Positions 23,576 to 36,289 of a stretch of 64,000 nt of DNA are shown one piece after another. Under the pieces are notes generated by a model, which saw only the letters and a program-made list of their open reading frames with translations, was not told where the DNA came from and made no database searches. Where the stretch lies: positions 434,001-498,000 of the forward strand of contig MU061560.1 in NCBI GenBank assembly GCA_013265495.1, written 5' to 3'. The stretch comes from Vicugna vicugna (taxonomy: Eukaryota). The stretch's first letter is position 1, and each line of letters begins with the position of its first letter. Made by a program: the position numbers and the translations under genes.

Positions 23576-26389
23576 GTGATTACTGATGATGCTAATTTTA
23601 TCAAGACGTGGAATGGAATGATGGTGGTATTAGGAACAGATAAATAGCTTTGTTTACTCTTTTATGAAGACTTATTTTTAGTCACATAATAATTTTGAGG
23701 GGATACTAACTTTAGCTTTATAACAAATTGGTTGTTAATTGTGGTTCCAAAAGCCTTTCTCAATTTAGTATGTGACTAACTTGATCAAAATCACTTGATT
23801 TAAAGTCAAGATGGATAAATCTGTTTTTATAAAATCCAACAAACCAAAGTCTAAGCAGAAAACTAAGGGGGAAGAAAGCACACCTTTATGACATTTTATT
23901 TCAGTGCAGTCCCTATAACATGTTTCTACAGCTGTATCCACGTAATACCTGAATGAACAGTGAAAAGGTTTAGTTAATTCTAAAGATAAATAAAAATCTA
24001 CAATATACCACGTCAGATATCAGAAAATATTCCATATGATCTTCCTTTTCCTTTTCCTGCTGGATGCTTAAACATTGACTGAAAAAGTCGAGAACCAGAG
24101 CTGTAAACTCACTAGGCTAAGCAGAGCAGAGCAGTTCGTTTCAGCCAGTTGTTCACAGGCATGTGGTCAGTTTGAAGTTTCCTGCTCAACTCCTCTGAAC
24201 TAGAGAGAAGGAACTAATAATGCTGACACTCTCGTTTTGCTTCATCACCCATGCCTGAGCACGTACGCCAACACTTCCTGCGCAAGACCTACCCTGACTC
24301 TGCAGAGGAGCCCCTCAGCTGATCTGGGTGGGCATGCGGTTACGTCGGGAAGCATCAGCCCTCGGCTGCACACCACACACGATGTGAACATGCCATGTCT
24401 CATTACTGTACCTTTCACTGCGTAGAGATAAGCTTTCAAAGCTTATGGTAACATTCATTGACAGCAAGTGCTGGTTGCAAGCCAGTTACTAGCTCTCAAA
24501 AGTACCAACCCATGAAAGTCGTATGCTGGAAGACAGCATGTTTAAGGAAAAGCTAATTGAGAAATATAATGCCGTGGAAATTGCATTGAAAAAAAAATCT
24601 ATCAGAATATCTGAAATGTACATAGCTTTTCTCCCTAATACCAATCTAAATCTATCCCACCTTGACACCCTTGGCTTTAGTTTTCTTACCCATACAGTTG
24701 GAGGATTTCCAAATTTCTAGGGCTTTGTGATTTTAGTGTGTGTTTCTCCAAGTCGTTTTCTCCATGTTTCCATTTCTTGGCTCATAAGCTACATTAAATG
24801 TTTATTTCATTCTACCTGTCAAAATTTTGTCAAGTACTTTAAGGTAATACACTATTTTCAGTTTTGTTATACTTTCAGAAACACAGTAATTTGAAGAAGT
24901 GATACTGCGAAGTTGTACTGCACCTAGACATTATAGTCTGACTCTGACTACACCATGGAAATATTCACATGCAAAGGAAACTGGAATTTGGATTATTACG
25001 TGGATGTTGAATCCATGTGATAAACCTCTAGATGTTTTGTGAAGTCTGTGTTATGTGGTATATTATCTACAATGTTGGCTTTAATTGCTAATGCTCTCTT
25101 ATGAGCATGGCAAGGGTGGGAACTTTTCTCATCATTGCCTTTCCTTCTTTAAAATCCTGACTTCTTTCATGAAGAAGGTATTTGGGGTTGCTAGTATCCT
25201 GGGAAGGAAAGAGAAGGCCCTTTTGCTTTGAGGGGATGGGCATGGTTTTGCCCTTCCACATCTCTTGGGACTCTCTTATAGCCATGAAAAAAAATCCTAA
25301 GATTCTGTAAGACCTACTTTTAAAGGATAGTTTATTATAAACCCGAAGGCTGTAACTACAGTAAAATCACACAGAGCTGGCCCTATCCTTCCCGTTCGAC
25401 CACAGTATTCTAGAGCATTCCCACTGCATTTTGAAATGCCTTCGTGGAATTTTGAAATTCGTTACTTGCGTATCTTTGAGCCTGCATCAGTGCTAGCAGG
25501 GGGAGTTGTGAAATACAGTTCTGCACTTCCCCTTAGCTCTTCCACGTCGAGCAGAAGATGTGTGTGTGTCTGGTGTCTAAATACAGAATGTCTATAGATG
25601 TTTACCCACAAATCGTAGATCCAAAGAATTTCTCCACAAGCAGGAGATAAGTATGATGAATCGGAAGACTAAAAGGCACTGCTGGATGCTTGAAAGGAAT
25701 CCCCTATGGGGGGCTGTGAGTATTGTTATTTTTGCAATTTCCGTTTTTGAAGTAGGCTAAAAAGATTTGAAATTTTTGAGTATATGAAGTCTATGAATAG
25801 ATGAAGTAACTGCTGTTCGTCTCCTTCTTTACTCCTAAATGATAAGTAATTTGTATTATTATTGAAAAATTATCCTGGCTCATGTGTAGAACGGTTTCAT
25901 GCTGTGATTTTAGCACAAAGGTAAAGCTTTTCCTATTTTCATGGTCAGTGGCACTTCTTCCTGTGGATTCATAGCACAGCAGCGTTCCCTGAGAGCAGTG
26001 AACGTGAACTGTGCTTTAAAAGTCTTAGCTGAGACTTTTTATCTCCTCATCCCTCCTATTTCTAATCTCTATTTCTCCTTCTTCCTTCTGTTTCTAATAT
26101 GTAAAAGCTGTACTTCAACAAGTTTCTTAGAATTTATTTGTGTACTTAATCATCAGTCATCAATTATTAAGGGATAAAATTCCCTCTACTTCTAAAACAT
26201 TGTCAGAGTACATTGGTAATGCGCAAGGTGAAGGATTTCTTGAAATTACATGTGATTTATTGGACTCTGAAGTCTAGTTGGCTTGACTGGATCTTTTAGC
26301 ATCGTGGCCCGACTGTTCTTGTGGTCTTTTCTATTTTACTGAAAAACCACTTTCAGTGAATGTTTTATTCAGAAAAACACTTTCACAGG

Positions 26390-26507
26390 GTGTAGTAAGG
26401 AGAAAGGAAACAAACATTTAGGTATAACTACTGGCAACATTTTGATGTGTAGTAAGGAGAAAGGAAACAAACATTTAGGTGTAACTACTGGAAACATTTT
26501 GATGTGT
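26390..26507. repeat. 57-bp tandem duplication (2 mismatches)
   Basis: gtgtagtaaggagaaaggaaacaaacatttagg... starts at 26390 and again at 26447. Confidence 0.97.
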
Positions 26508-26964
26508 GATTTTCCTCTTCGCATTTGCTGTTTTGCAAAGCTGAGGTCATAATTTATGTAGATTTTTAAAATCATGCTTCCCCCTCCCATATAATATTAC
26601 ATTTTTCATGTTATAAAAATTCAATAGCTGTGTGATATTCTGTTAAAAAGCAGTACTTGAATTTAGTTAACATGTCCTTTATTGTTAGGTATTTAACATT
26701 TAACATTTTTCAAGATTTGGATTATGAATCTCTGTGAGAACACTATCGTTCTAAAAGACGATCTTTGCAAGGTGCCTTGGCGGAGAAATCCCATTGTATT
26801 TGTATTCTTGATTTAAGATATTAATAATAGCCATACCTGAGAATTTTAAGGGCAAGCATTGAATTAGGATTCTAAACAAATGTGTTGAGTCCCATGTTTG
26901 TTTAAATTTTCTCACTTTTTAAAAAACTTTTACTTCTATGTGGCAGATAGCCTATGTGTCCCTG

Positions 26965-27107
26965 TCTTTTTTTTTTTTTTTTTTTTGGTTTGTTTTTGTT
27001 TTCTTAGGTTCATCTGTTTATTTTTTCAAAGGAAGTACTGGGGACCAAACCCAGGACCTCGTGCATGCTAAGCACGCGCTCGGCCACTTGAACTATACCA
27101 TCCCCTC
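26965..27107 (-). mobile_element. Vic-1-type SINE
   Basis: T-run, then gtactgggga..aacccaggacctcgtgcatgctaagcacgcgctc..ccacttgaactatacc. Confidence 0.9.
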
Positions 27108-27712
27108 TACCTGCTTTTCAAACGTGGATGACATTGCTTTCTTTGTTGGGACAAGCTGGAGTGGGATCTATAGAACATTTGCAAATAGGTGAACATTGAG
27201 AAAAATTGGAAGAGAACTTCCCTAAGGCAGGTCCTTCTGCACCACAAGTCTCATGTGAGTGGAGGGCTAGGCTATGCATGTAAGCGCGGGCTGTGAATAT
27301 GCTGGTGCCAGGAAGGCACAGATTCACAAGGCTTCAGCCACGGCCTTTGGCTTTTCTTTGTTTCACTAGGTTGGAAATGGCCTGAGATTCTCCCAATACT
27401 TCAGCCACAAAAAGGAAGAAGAAGCTTCTTGTTCTCCATTCCCATTGTGTAGAGGCCCTTGTGTCACAGACTGGCACCGCCGTGGGGTACTGGCCTACCT
27501 TGTGGGGTGAATGGAACCAAGTTCAGAGTACTCTGAGTTACTTATGAATTCTTAAATGTGCCTTCCATTTAAAACTTTATAGGCATGGTGGTAAATTTTA
27601 ATAGAATAGGAATAGCTAATGTACTATGAATAGACAATCAAAATATGACAGTTTGGAGCCTTATTCTGTAAGTAATTATTTTGGATCAGAAAATTTGATT
27701 TCAAGATTTCAG

Positions 27713-27841
27713 AGAGGGTGTAGCTTAGTAGTAAAGTGCATGCTTAGCATGCATGAGGTCCTGGGTTCAATCCTCAGTACCTCCATTACGATAAGTAAAT
27801 AAATAAACCTACCCCCCTATCAAACAAACAAACAAAACCCC
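27713..27841 (+). mobile_element. Vic-1-type SINE
   Basis: tRNA-Ala-like head. TSD tcaagatttcag at 27701-27712 / 27842-27853. Confidence 0.92.
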
Positions 27842-28044
27842 TCAAGATTTCAGGCAATTTGTTTTTTCTTTGCCTTGCTTCTGAGTCCTTCTTGCTAATT
27901 TAGGTGTTAATACAAGTTAATACCTGACTTTTCTTTATAAATGAATAAAATTTTATTGAACATGTATTATACTTAGAAATAGTTCTTTTTTCCTAATTTT
28001 TACTGTAATTTTAAAATTTAGGATCTAGTTGCTTTAAGTGCCAG

Positions 28045-28049
<5 letters not shown>

Positions 28050-28078
<29 letters not shown>
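28050..28078. repeat. (AC)n microsatellite
   Basis: Directly visible. Confidence 0.97.
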
Positions 28079-28085
<7 letters not shown>

Positions 28086-28659
28086 TGTCTTAAAAAGAAG
28101 TCAAAGTGGGATTTATTATAAGACCTATATATTTTGTTCTCGAATGACAAGCATAAGTAGACTTATTTATAAGATTAAAGGTGACTCAGAATTAGGCTGA
28201 AAACCACATAGTCATAGGGGTTTTTTTGCCCTCGCTTTCTTTTGCTTGTTAGGCACCCCAGCCTGCATATGCTGCTTCCGAGTGTGCCCACAGCGCACAC
28301 AGTGTTCTAAGGATCAGCTTTGTCACTGAACCAGTTGGACTCCCATCCAGCAGTTTATACACTTCTTGGCGTTTCTCCTGCCCATTTGTTTAATCTTTCC
28401 AGCTCATCTGATCCTCCGGCATTAGAGCTGACAGCTGCAGTGGCACATGGGGTCCATAAAGTAGCTGAATAATAAAATGCCATGACCTGGTTCTTGTATA
28501 TTTTCAGTGACAACTGAATTGGTAGCTCAGAAATGCTACAGATTTGTTTGGCAGGTCAAGGGAAACATTCTCTTTATTTTACAGGAGGAGGTTTGTGTGT
28601 AAAAGGCACTGGTAATTGATCCTCAGTGTTTTAAATTGTGTCTCCTAAGTCCTACTCCT

Positions 28660-28890
28660 TATTGTCTACTGAGCACCAGCTGGGCACAGTGCCTTGTGTT
28701 CCATGAACATTATTTCTAATCCTCAGGATAGTCTTTAAGGTGATATGACCCTATTTTTCAGATGGAGAAAGCAGACTCCATGAGGTTATATACGCATATC
28801 TGCATATTTAGTTTTACACAGTAAATGGCAGAACTGGAATTCAGGTCCAAGAACATGTTTCCAGATCTCATGGCTTATCAATTGCACAGT
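28660..28890 (-). mobile_element. MIR SINE
   Basis: ctactgagcacc..gggcacagtgc...tttttcagatggagaaagcagactc...gtaaatggcagaactggaattca. Confidence 0.75.
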
Positions 28891-29764
28891 GTAGCAGTCA
28901 TTTTTTTATTATAAATAGTATTTTACTTCCATTTTGCTGTTGCTGGACATGGACTGTTGTGATGAAAGATGTTGTGAACATTATTGTTCATCTTTTAGTG
29001 GAATTATTGGGTGTGTGTGTGTTCACCCTTAGGAGATGTTGCCTCAAAGTTTTCATGGTGGTTTCAGTGTGTGAATATTCTAGTTCTACTTCCTAAACAA
29101 GACTGTCTGTTGGTCTGAAAAAATCTTAGCCGTGTGGCATGTCCAGTGGTATCATTTGGGGATTTTAACTTGCGTGTCTCTGATTAATGATTTTTATATG
29201 CTTGTTTGGAGACCTTTTGTGAGGTTCTCAGTCAAAACTTCTGTCCGTTAAAGAAAATAGGGTGGGAGGTGGAAAGTACAGTGAAAAAAAGAAACATGTA
29301 ATGTTGGGCAGTAATAAGTGCTGTTAAATAGCAAAGGTCAAATTACTAGGGTCGATAGAAACTGACAGATGGGGTTATGAGGACGGAAAGAGCCACGAGA
29401 GAAAGTGGCGTGTAAGCGCAGACTCGCCTGAAGTTTGTTACGGAAGCAGGAGGAAAACCTGGATGAAACATTCTCGGCTGAGGGAACTGTAAGTGCACAG
29501 GGCTTGAAGGAGGAATGAGGTTTAGCAGGGAGGACCCGGCAGGGAAGCATTTAAATTCCCACACGACTCTTCAGCTTCAGAGGGTTGATGAGGCCCTCAT
29601 TTCACCCACCTCCAACCACGTACTCTAAGATGTTATTTAGCTTGTTTTCTTATTTATAAAGATTAAAAGCTTCTATTCGGTTAATGGGGTTCCAGGTTTG
29701 AACTAATAACTTCATACTTTGCCAACAAACTGCTACATAATATCTACTCATAATACTACTGTTC

Positions 29765-30091
29765 TCTTTTATTGAGTTATAATCAGTTTACAATGTTGTG
29801 TCAATTTCTGGTGCACAGCACAATTCTTCAGTCATACGTGAATATACGTATATTCATTTTCACATTCTTTTTCACCATGAGCTACTACAAGATCTTGTAT
29901 ATATGTTCCTGTGCCACACAGTGTAAACTTGTTTATCTATTCTATATGTGCCTGTCAGTATCTACAAACCTTGAACTCCCGATCTATCCCTTTCCACCCA
30001 CCTCCTTCTGGCACCACGAATTTGTGTTCTATGTCTGTGAGTCTGTTTCTGTTTTATATTTAAGTTCATTTGTCTTCTTTTTTTAGATTCC
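29765..30091 (-). mobile_element. Young L1 3' UTR
   Basis: ttttattgagttataatcagtttacaatg...ttttttagattcc. Confidence 0.92.
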
Positions 30092-30094
30092 AAA

Positions 30095-30218
30095 TTTGTT
30101 TTTAGGGGGAGGTAATTAGGTTTATTTATTTATTACTTTTGGTGGAGGTACCTGGGATTGAACCCAGGACCTCCTGCATGCTAGGCATGCACTCTATCAC
30201 TGAGCTATACCCTCCCCG
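30095..30218 (-). mobile_element. Vic-1-type SINE adjoining the L1 3' UTR
   Basis: gggggaggtaattaggtttattt...gattgaacccaggacc...ctgagctataccctcccc. Confidence 0.92.
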
Positions 30219-30274
30219 CTTGCTACATAATATCTAAACACATTTCCTTGTGATGTGTTTTATGAATGTTTACT

Positions 30275-30720
30275 TAGTAAACATTTATTGAACAGATCTG
30301 ATTGAGTGCATGTCATGGAGGATGGAAAGGTGAGGAAAGAGTTGTTGAGGAAACCAGAGAAGGAAGGAGTTACTGGAGAGAGCCCTAGAGAAACAGGAGA
30401 GCTGGTTGTGAGGGGCCCAGGAGGAAGGGATGTCAGGGAGGGAGCAAGGTCAGCATTGCAGAGGCCCGCCGAGAAGCCCAGGGACGCTAGATCCGAAGTG
30501 ACGACCTGTGGCTTTGGTGACTGGAACATCCCACTGGTCTTGGTGGGAGCAGCAGTGTCAGGTGTGCAGGTTAGACAGACAGGTGGGCAGAGAAGAGACT
30601 TGGAGGTGAGGAGGTGGAGGCAGTGGCCTTGGAGTTCCCACCTTCTGAGTAGTGTGAACAAAAGAGAAAGGAATGAGATTAGGCAGCTTGACAAAAAGAT
30701 GAATGGAGCCAAGTGGTTTT
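30275..30720 (-). mobile_element. L2 fragment
   Basis: aaacatttattga...ggtgactggaacatcccactggtcttggtgggagcagcagtgtcagg is L2-like. Confidence 0.6.
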
Positions 30721-31416
30721 TTGTTTTATTTTTGATTTTTTCTTTCTGGAAAGAGACTTCAGTGTTTTTTTTTCCCCATGACAGGGAGTCATCCTTTGCT
30801 ATTCTTGGCTCACAGAGCAGACAGGTGTGTGTGTTTCCCCCCTCTGCCCTTTTAAACATGTTTAAAACTTCTTACAACTGTATAGTTTTCCAAGTATTCA
30901 AAGAGCCTTCACCTATGCGATCTCATTGATCTTGAGAGGAAGGTCACACATACTATGCCTGTTTCTTGGATGAAAGCCTCAAAACTCAGAGGTAGTAGCT
31001 GAGAAGTCACCCCACTGATAAACTGCGGGGCAAGAATTTTTGTCAGTATGCCCTACCTTGCCCAGAGTTTGGGAATCCGTATTCACATCATTAACTGACC
31101 ATGACTGCTGCAGTTATCCTCTGGTTACCCCAGAAAAAAACCCCAAGGCATTTAGATGTAATTTATAGGACAGACTAAGAGACTTTCCCGATTCCCCCTT
31201 TGTTTCCCCTGCACACACACACTCTTCTCACCCACCTGTGCACCCTCATGTACACACACACATCACCCACCCCACGTACATAACTCTGCCCCCGCCACAC
31301 ACAGTCTCACATGTTGTCAACTGGTTATACCTCAGTCCTAGTCTCAAAGGACCCTTGCCCAATACTTTCTTCTTTCTGAGGTTTGGATTTGGGATAAAAA
31401 GGTACCATAAGATTAG

Positions 31417-32082
31417 AGAGAATTGATTTTATACGGCCAGATGAGAGGCTGTCAATACGGGCATTCCTTATTTTATTGTGCTTTGCTTTACTGCGCTTGG
31501 CAGACACTGCGCTTTTTACACACTGAAGGTTAGTTAGATAGTTAGCAGTTTTTTTTAACATTTTTTTATTGAGTTATAGTCATTTTACAATGTTGAGTCA
31601 AATTCCAGTGTAGAGCACAATTTTTCAGTTATACATGAACATATATATATTCATTGTCATAGCAGTGTTTCTAAATGTAAGTATGTACATTGTTTGTTTA
31701 AGATATAACGCTATCGCACACTTAATAGGCTACAATGTAGGGTAACAGTTACAGAGAATTGATTTTATACGGCCAGATGAGAGACTGTCAATACAGGCAT
31801 TCCTTATTTTATTGTGCTTTGCTTTACTGCACTTGGCAGACACTGCGCTTTTTACACACTGAAGGTTTGTTAGATGGTTAGCAGTTTTTTTTAACATTTT
31901 TTTATTGAGTTATGGTCATTTTACAATGTTGAGTCAAATTCCAGTGTAGAGCACAATTTTTCAGTTATACATGAACATACATATATTCATTGTCACAGCA
32001 GTGTTTCTAAATGTAAGTATGTACATTGTTTGTTTGAGATATAACGCTATCGCACACTTAATAGGCTACAATGTAGGGTAAC
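31417..32082. repeat. 336-bp-period near-identical tandem duplication
   Basis: Copy 1 is 31417-31746, copy 2 is 31753-32082, with the insert agttac between them. Confidence 0.97.
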
Positions 32083-32195
32083 CATAACTTTTACATGCAT
32101 TGGGAAACCAAATTAATTAACGTGACTTGCTTTATTGCAATATTCGCTTTATTGCAAACTGGAAGCAAACTTGCACTGTCTTAGAGGCTCACCTA
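31458..32195. mobile_element. Tigger1 internal-deletion derivative (partly duplicated) with nested L1 3' tips
   Basis: ta-caggcat..ttattttattgtgctttgcttta...gctttattgcaatattcgctttattgc...gaggctcacc-ta matches Tigger1 ends. Nested L1 at 31550-31659 has TSD tagcagt. Confidence 0.85.
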
Positions 32196-32384
32196 TAAAT
32201 CCTTAGGTTTCAACAATAAGAGTTCAATTAATCATTCAGTTTTTGCCAAATTTGCTGTAGCTCCCCAAAGGAAACCCTGTAGAACTTATGCTAACCAATT
32301 TTTGCATAAATTTGATCTAAAGCAATAGTTGTTTGCATGCTTTGGTCCTTTGGGATATTTTTTTTTTGACTATAATGATATTTA

Positions 32385-32638
32385 TTTATTTTTTTCTTTT
32401 TTCTTTTATTTTTCTTTTTTACTTTTTTTATTGATTCATAATCATTTTACAGTGTTGTGTCAAATTCCAGTGTTCAGCACAATTTTTCAGTCATTCATGG
32501 ACATATACACACTCATTGTCACATTTTTTTCTCTGTGATTTATCATAACATTTTGTGTATATTTCCCTGTGCTATACAGTGTAATCTTGTTTATCTATTC
32601 TACAATTTTGAAATCCCAGTCTATCCCTTCCCACCCTT
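32385..32638 (-). mobile_element. Young L1 3' UTR
   Basis: ttttttattgattcataatcattttacagtg...cccttcccaccct. TSD gggatatttttt. Confidence 0.9.
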
Positions 32639-34574
32639 CGGGATATTTTTTGAGTTGCGAGAATTAACCGTTCTGCGTTGGATTTTATGAGCACAAAACT
32701 GGGATTGTCATAATTTTCACCTTGGCTTGATCTCATCCCCTAAAAGCTGAGAAGGAAGGTGCGTAATGTTGATATTTTGATGGTCTTTATAGAACGATGT
32801 TTGTGTGGTACGTCTTTTCCACACACCTAGTGCTAGACCTCTGTCACAGTTGTTAGCACCTTTCTCCTCCTTACCCCCCAAAAAGGTAAGTCTTTGTTTC
32901 TTGAACATATTAAAAAACTCATCAGGGGAAAGGAGCCAGTGCCCCTTTTTTTTAGTCTGTAGAGTTTAGGCTTGGAACATTACAAATTGTAGAAGCCCAG
33001 TAAGTCTTCTATATAGAACATGCTTTGTTCTTCATCCTTTTCCCACTTGTCACAGCCTCTCACAAATGTTTAACGTAAGTATAGTTACTAATATAATGAA
33101 CATATTAACATAAATGTGTATTGTTATATGTATGTACTGCCTGCAGAGAGTCTTCACTGTCATGCATTTCAGAAAGTTTCTTAGACAAAGAAAGACAGAA
33201 GAATTAAAACATCTAGATTCCAATTTGGATGAATCACCTCTTGAAAGAAGGTGGATCAGAATGAAGAATGTGGAAGGCAACAGACTAAGACTCAGATATT
33301 TGTATGCTTTCTGACCACCTCTGTTTTAGAGTCAATATTAAGTATATGGAAACAGAAGAAATATTACCCTAATGAAGACAGTAAGAATCTAATGCTGTGA
33401 AGAACTGGATCCCATTTTTTCTCACTTGACTAAGACATATTACCTTTCTAATTTAACAGAAATATCCCTGGGGCATTGGTGGGCCTGGGTTATAGTCCTG
33501 ATGGTTGGCTTTGATGAAAAAGGGCAGCGCCCTGAGACCCGCTGACGTAGGCTTATCCTCAACGCTTGCTTTCTTTGCAGTGCGGTAGCTGGGCAGGTCC
33601 TAGACGGCACTCCTGGAAATGCTGACACATCAGAGGAATGATGGGCAATTAAAGAAAATGCTTCCCAGACTCTGCTCCATCACTGTTTACACCTTGCAAA
33701 CTGGACAGAGATGTTCCATTTATTTCAGTGTGTTTTCTTTTGCCTTTAAGGTACTTCATACCCTGCAAATATATTTTTATTCTGAATCATTTTATAAAAC
33801 TATTACAAAAGAAAAAAACAGTCAAATAAAAAGATATATAGAATGTTAAACAGAAATACAAAATTCTTGGTAACACACTGAAAATATCTAAGGAGATGTC
33901 ACCTGTTTACAGATGTTGTGTTTTGTGTTTCAGTGTCTGTGATTGGTTAACTCTGTTGTCTTAGTCTTACATGATAAATTGACTTTAGGACAGGTAATCT
34001 GAGTCTGTTTCATATTCACAGACTACCACCCTGTCAGTATCCAGTCCCTTCGTAGTATGAGCTATTTGTGTAGAAGGAGTTTGAGCAAAGTGGAAAGAGG
34101 ACGCGGCAAGGGCAGAGCGGGTGGTAATGCTCCCGGAGTGCGCCCTGCACAGAGCATCTTTGCGCGATGCCGTTGCCATCTCACCTGGTACTGTAGTGGT
34201 ACCTCCTGCTCAAACCTTTCAGTGACACCACACCTAAGAGTTGAACCCGGAAGTTTTTAGTATTTCCTTCTGGATAATAAATAAGTACTTGTTCTTGTCT
34301 TTGCTGCTCTAGCCCTTTCTTCTTTTCTTCTGAAACCGGTAAGAATGAACAAGACCCCTCCTTCCTCTAACTTGCATTCCTGTTATTTTAGGAGAGGTCT
34401 TCGGAGGTGGTCTAGCTGGCTCTCTCATCCTGTGCCTGAAGTGCACAGGACCAGAGCGGGTAGATGGCTGGCCGCATCACACCAGTGGCTAAGCAGGGAC
34501 TAGAGTCCAAGTTTCTGGAGTTTTAATTATGGGGTCTTTCTGTCATTGAGCTCTACAAAGCTAAGGGCTTAAAA

Positions 34575-35141
34575 ACATCATCCCAAAAATCTGTGCCCGG
34601 GTGCTCTGGGGCATCACTGCCAACTCACAGGAGTGCTCCCTGCAGGATATTTTTAAATTTCAAGGGAAACACAGTGACTTCTATCAAACACTGTGGAAAC
34701 TCTGAACTCTAGGTTGTTCCGAGTTTCAGTATCAGACCATACTGTGTTTCTTTTGATGACATTGTAATTTTGCAAAGCTGGGGTTTTGGTGAGTAACTGC
34801 GAGGAAGGAGGTACCTAGTGAAAATCAGTGTGGAACAGGAAGTGAGGATGACAGGGTCTAATACGATTCTGTGGTGTGAGACGGTGTGCAGGACCCAGTA
34901 GGCACCAACATCCCATGAGTAACTAGTGACTTAAGAATGGAATAAAATACTAATTTTCCTTGCAGTAGTTTTGTATTATATTTTCAAATGGTGCTAAATT
35001 GCTAGGTCAAGATAGTTATTAAGTTGTTTGTGCCTAACTACTTAATAAGTGGAGTTCCTAGGGATTTCTCTTGGGTTGGGGCACCATAAAAAGGTTGCTG
35101 AGATGGTGAAGGCTCCATGATTCGAAATTTTGGAACCTCTG
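34575..35141. mobile_element. hAT-Charlie (Charlie4-like) element
   Basis: ctggggcatcactgccaactcacaggagtg...aaatttcaagggaaacacag...aaattttggaacctctg. Confidence 0.7.
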
Positions 35142-35799
35142 AATATCTCCCTGAATAAAGCATCTTACCAAGGAAGGAGAAAGGCTGAGTAAGGGTGAAT
35201 GAAACTAGACAGATTCAATAGTGAAGGGACAGAGAACAATCGCAGTTATCTGATCCCTGTGTAGCTGGCACAGAAGCTCCTATCACACGTTCTAGGCAAC
35301 ATTGCTGACTGCCCGGTATTTGAAGAAGATAAATTATTGGGCTTCTCTGCTTCCAACACCTTTTTATCTTGAGAACCTTTATGGGGATTATTGGTTCTTT
35401 GTCATGTGCCCTACAGCTTAAGTTTGGAGGCCCTGTTGTTAGATTTTGAGCAGTGTGGCTAGAGGTGCTGCTGTGGAGACAAAGTCAGAACAGCCAGAGG
35501 TGAACTTGGAGCCGAACAGGACACTGCTGTTTACTTGCCTTTCTTAGATCTGCTGTTTTTCCCCTTCTGAGTAATTCCCATGAATCAGTATTCCAGAAAC
35601 TGTGAGTCAGATTTTATAATTGTGCCTTGCTAGTTAGTAGATCTACTCAAGGACATAGCAGGGCGAACATTGAAAATTCTGTGTCAGAGGAATAAACAAT
35701 ACTTTTGGAAAATTATCATTCATGACGTTAGAAATTTTGGAAGACAGAGGAAAGAAAAACACTATCAATATGTCTTCTTCCCTTAGGTTTTCTAGCCCA

Positions 35800-36215
35800 T
35801 GGGGGCAAGGTGGAAGCAGAGAGTTTAGTTAGGAAATCATTGCGGAATCTGGGTGAGAGATGGTGTGGCCTAGGCCAGGTGGAAGGGGTGGGGGTGCTAA
35901 GAAGTGGCCAGATTGGAAGAAACAGCCCATGTCATGAGCCGCCAGGTGGGATATGGAGGAGTCAAAGAAAGAAAAAAGTCAAAGACAGGCTCTCAGGCGT
36001 TAAGCCTGAGTGATTAGAAGGATGGGGCTGCTATTTCCAAAAATGGGAAGGATACAAGAGGAACAGATTTGGGGAGAAAATCAGGAGTTTTGGGATGTTC
36101 TATTTGAGACATTTATTGAACAAACAGGCAGAGATACTCAATCAGTAGTTAGATGTAGGAGTCTGGAGTTCACAGGGGGAAGAGGTTTGTCCTGGAGATG
36201 TAAATTTGGGAGGTA
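35800..36215 (-). mobile_element. L2 fragment
   Basis: gaaaatcaggagttttgggatgtt..tttgagac...gtctggagttca..ggaagaggtttgtcctggagatgtaaatttggga. Confidence 0.8.
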
Positions 36216-36289
36216 GCTGTATATTTATATTTTTACCATGTTTAAAAAGCTTGGTAGTTATTTTACCCATTATTACTCCTCTCATACAG

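Noticed and set aside
30260..30929. Overlapping 199-aa and 207-aa ORFs
   Set aside because: They lie in a purine-rich L2 remnant, and I see no recognisable protein similarity or splice context.
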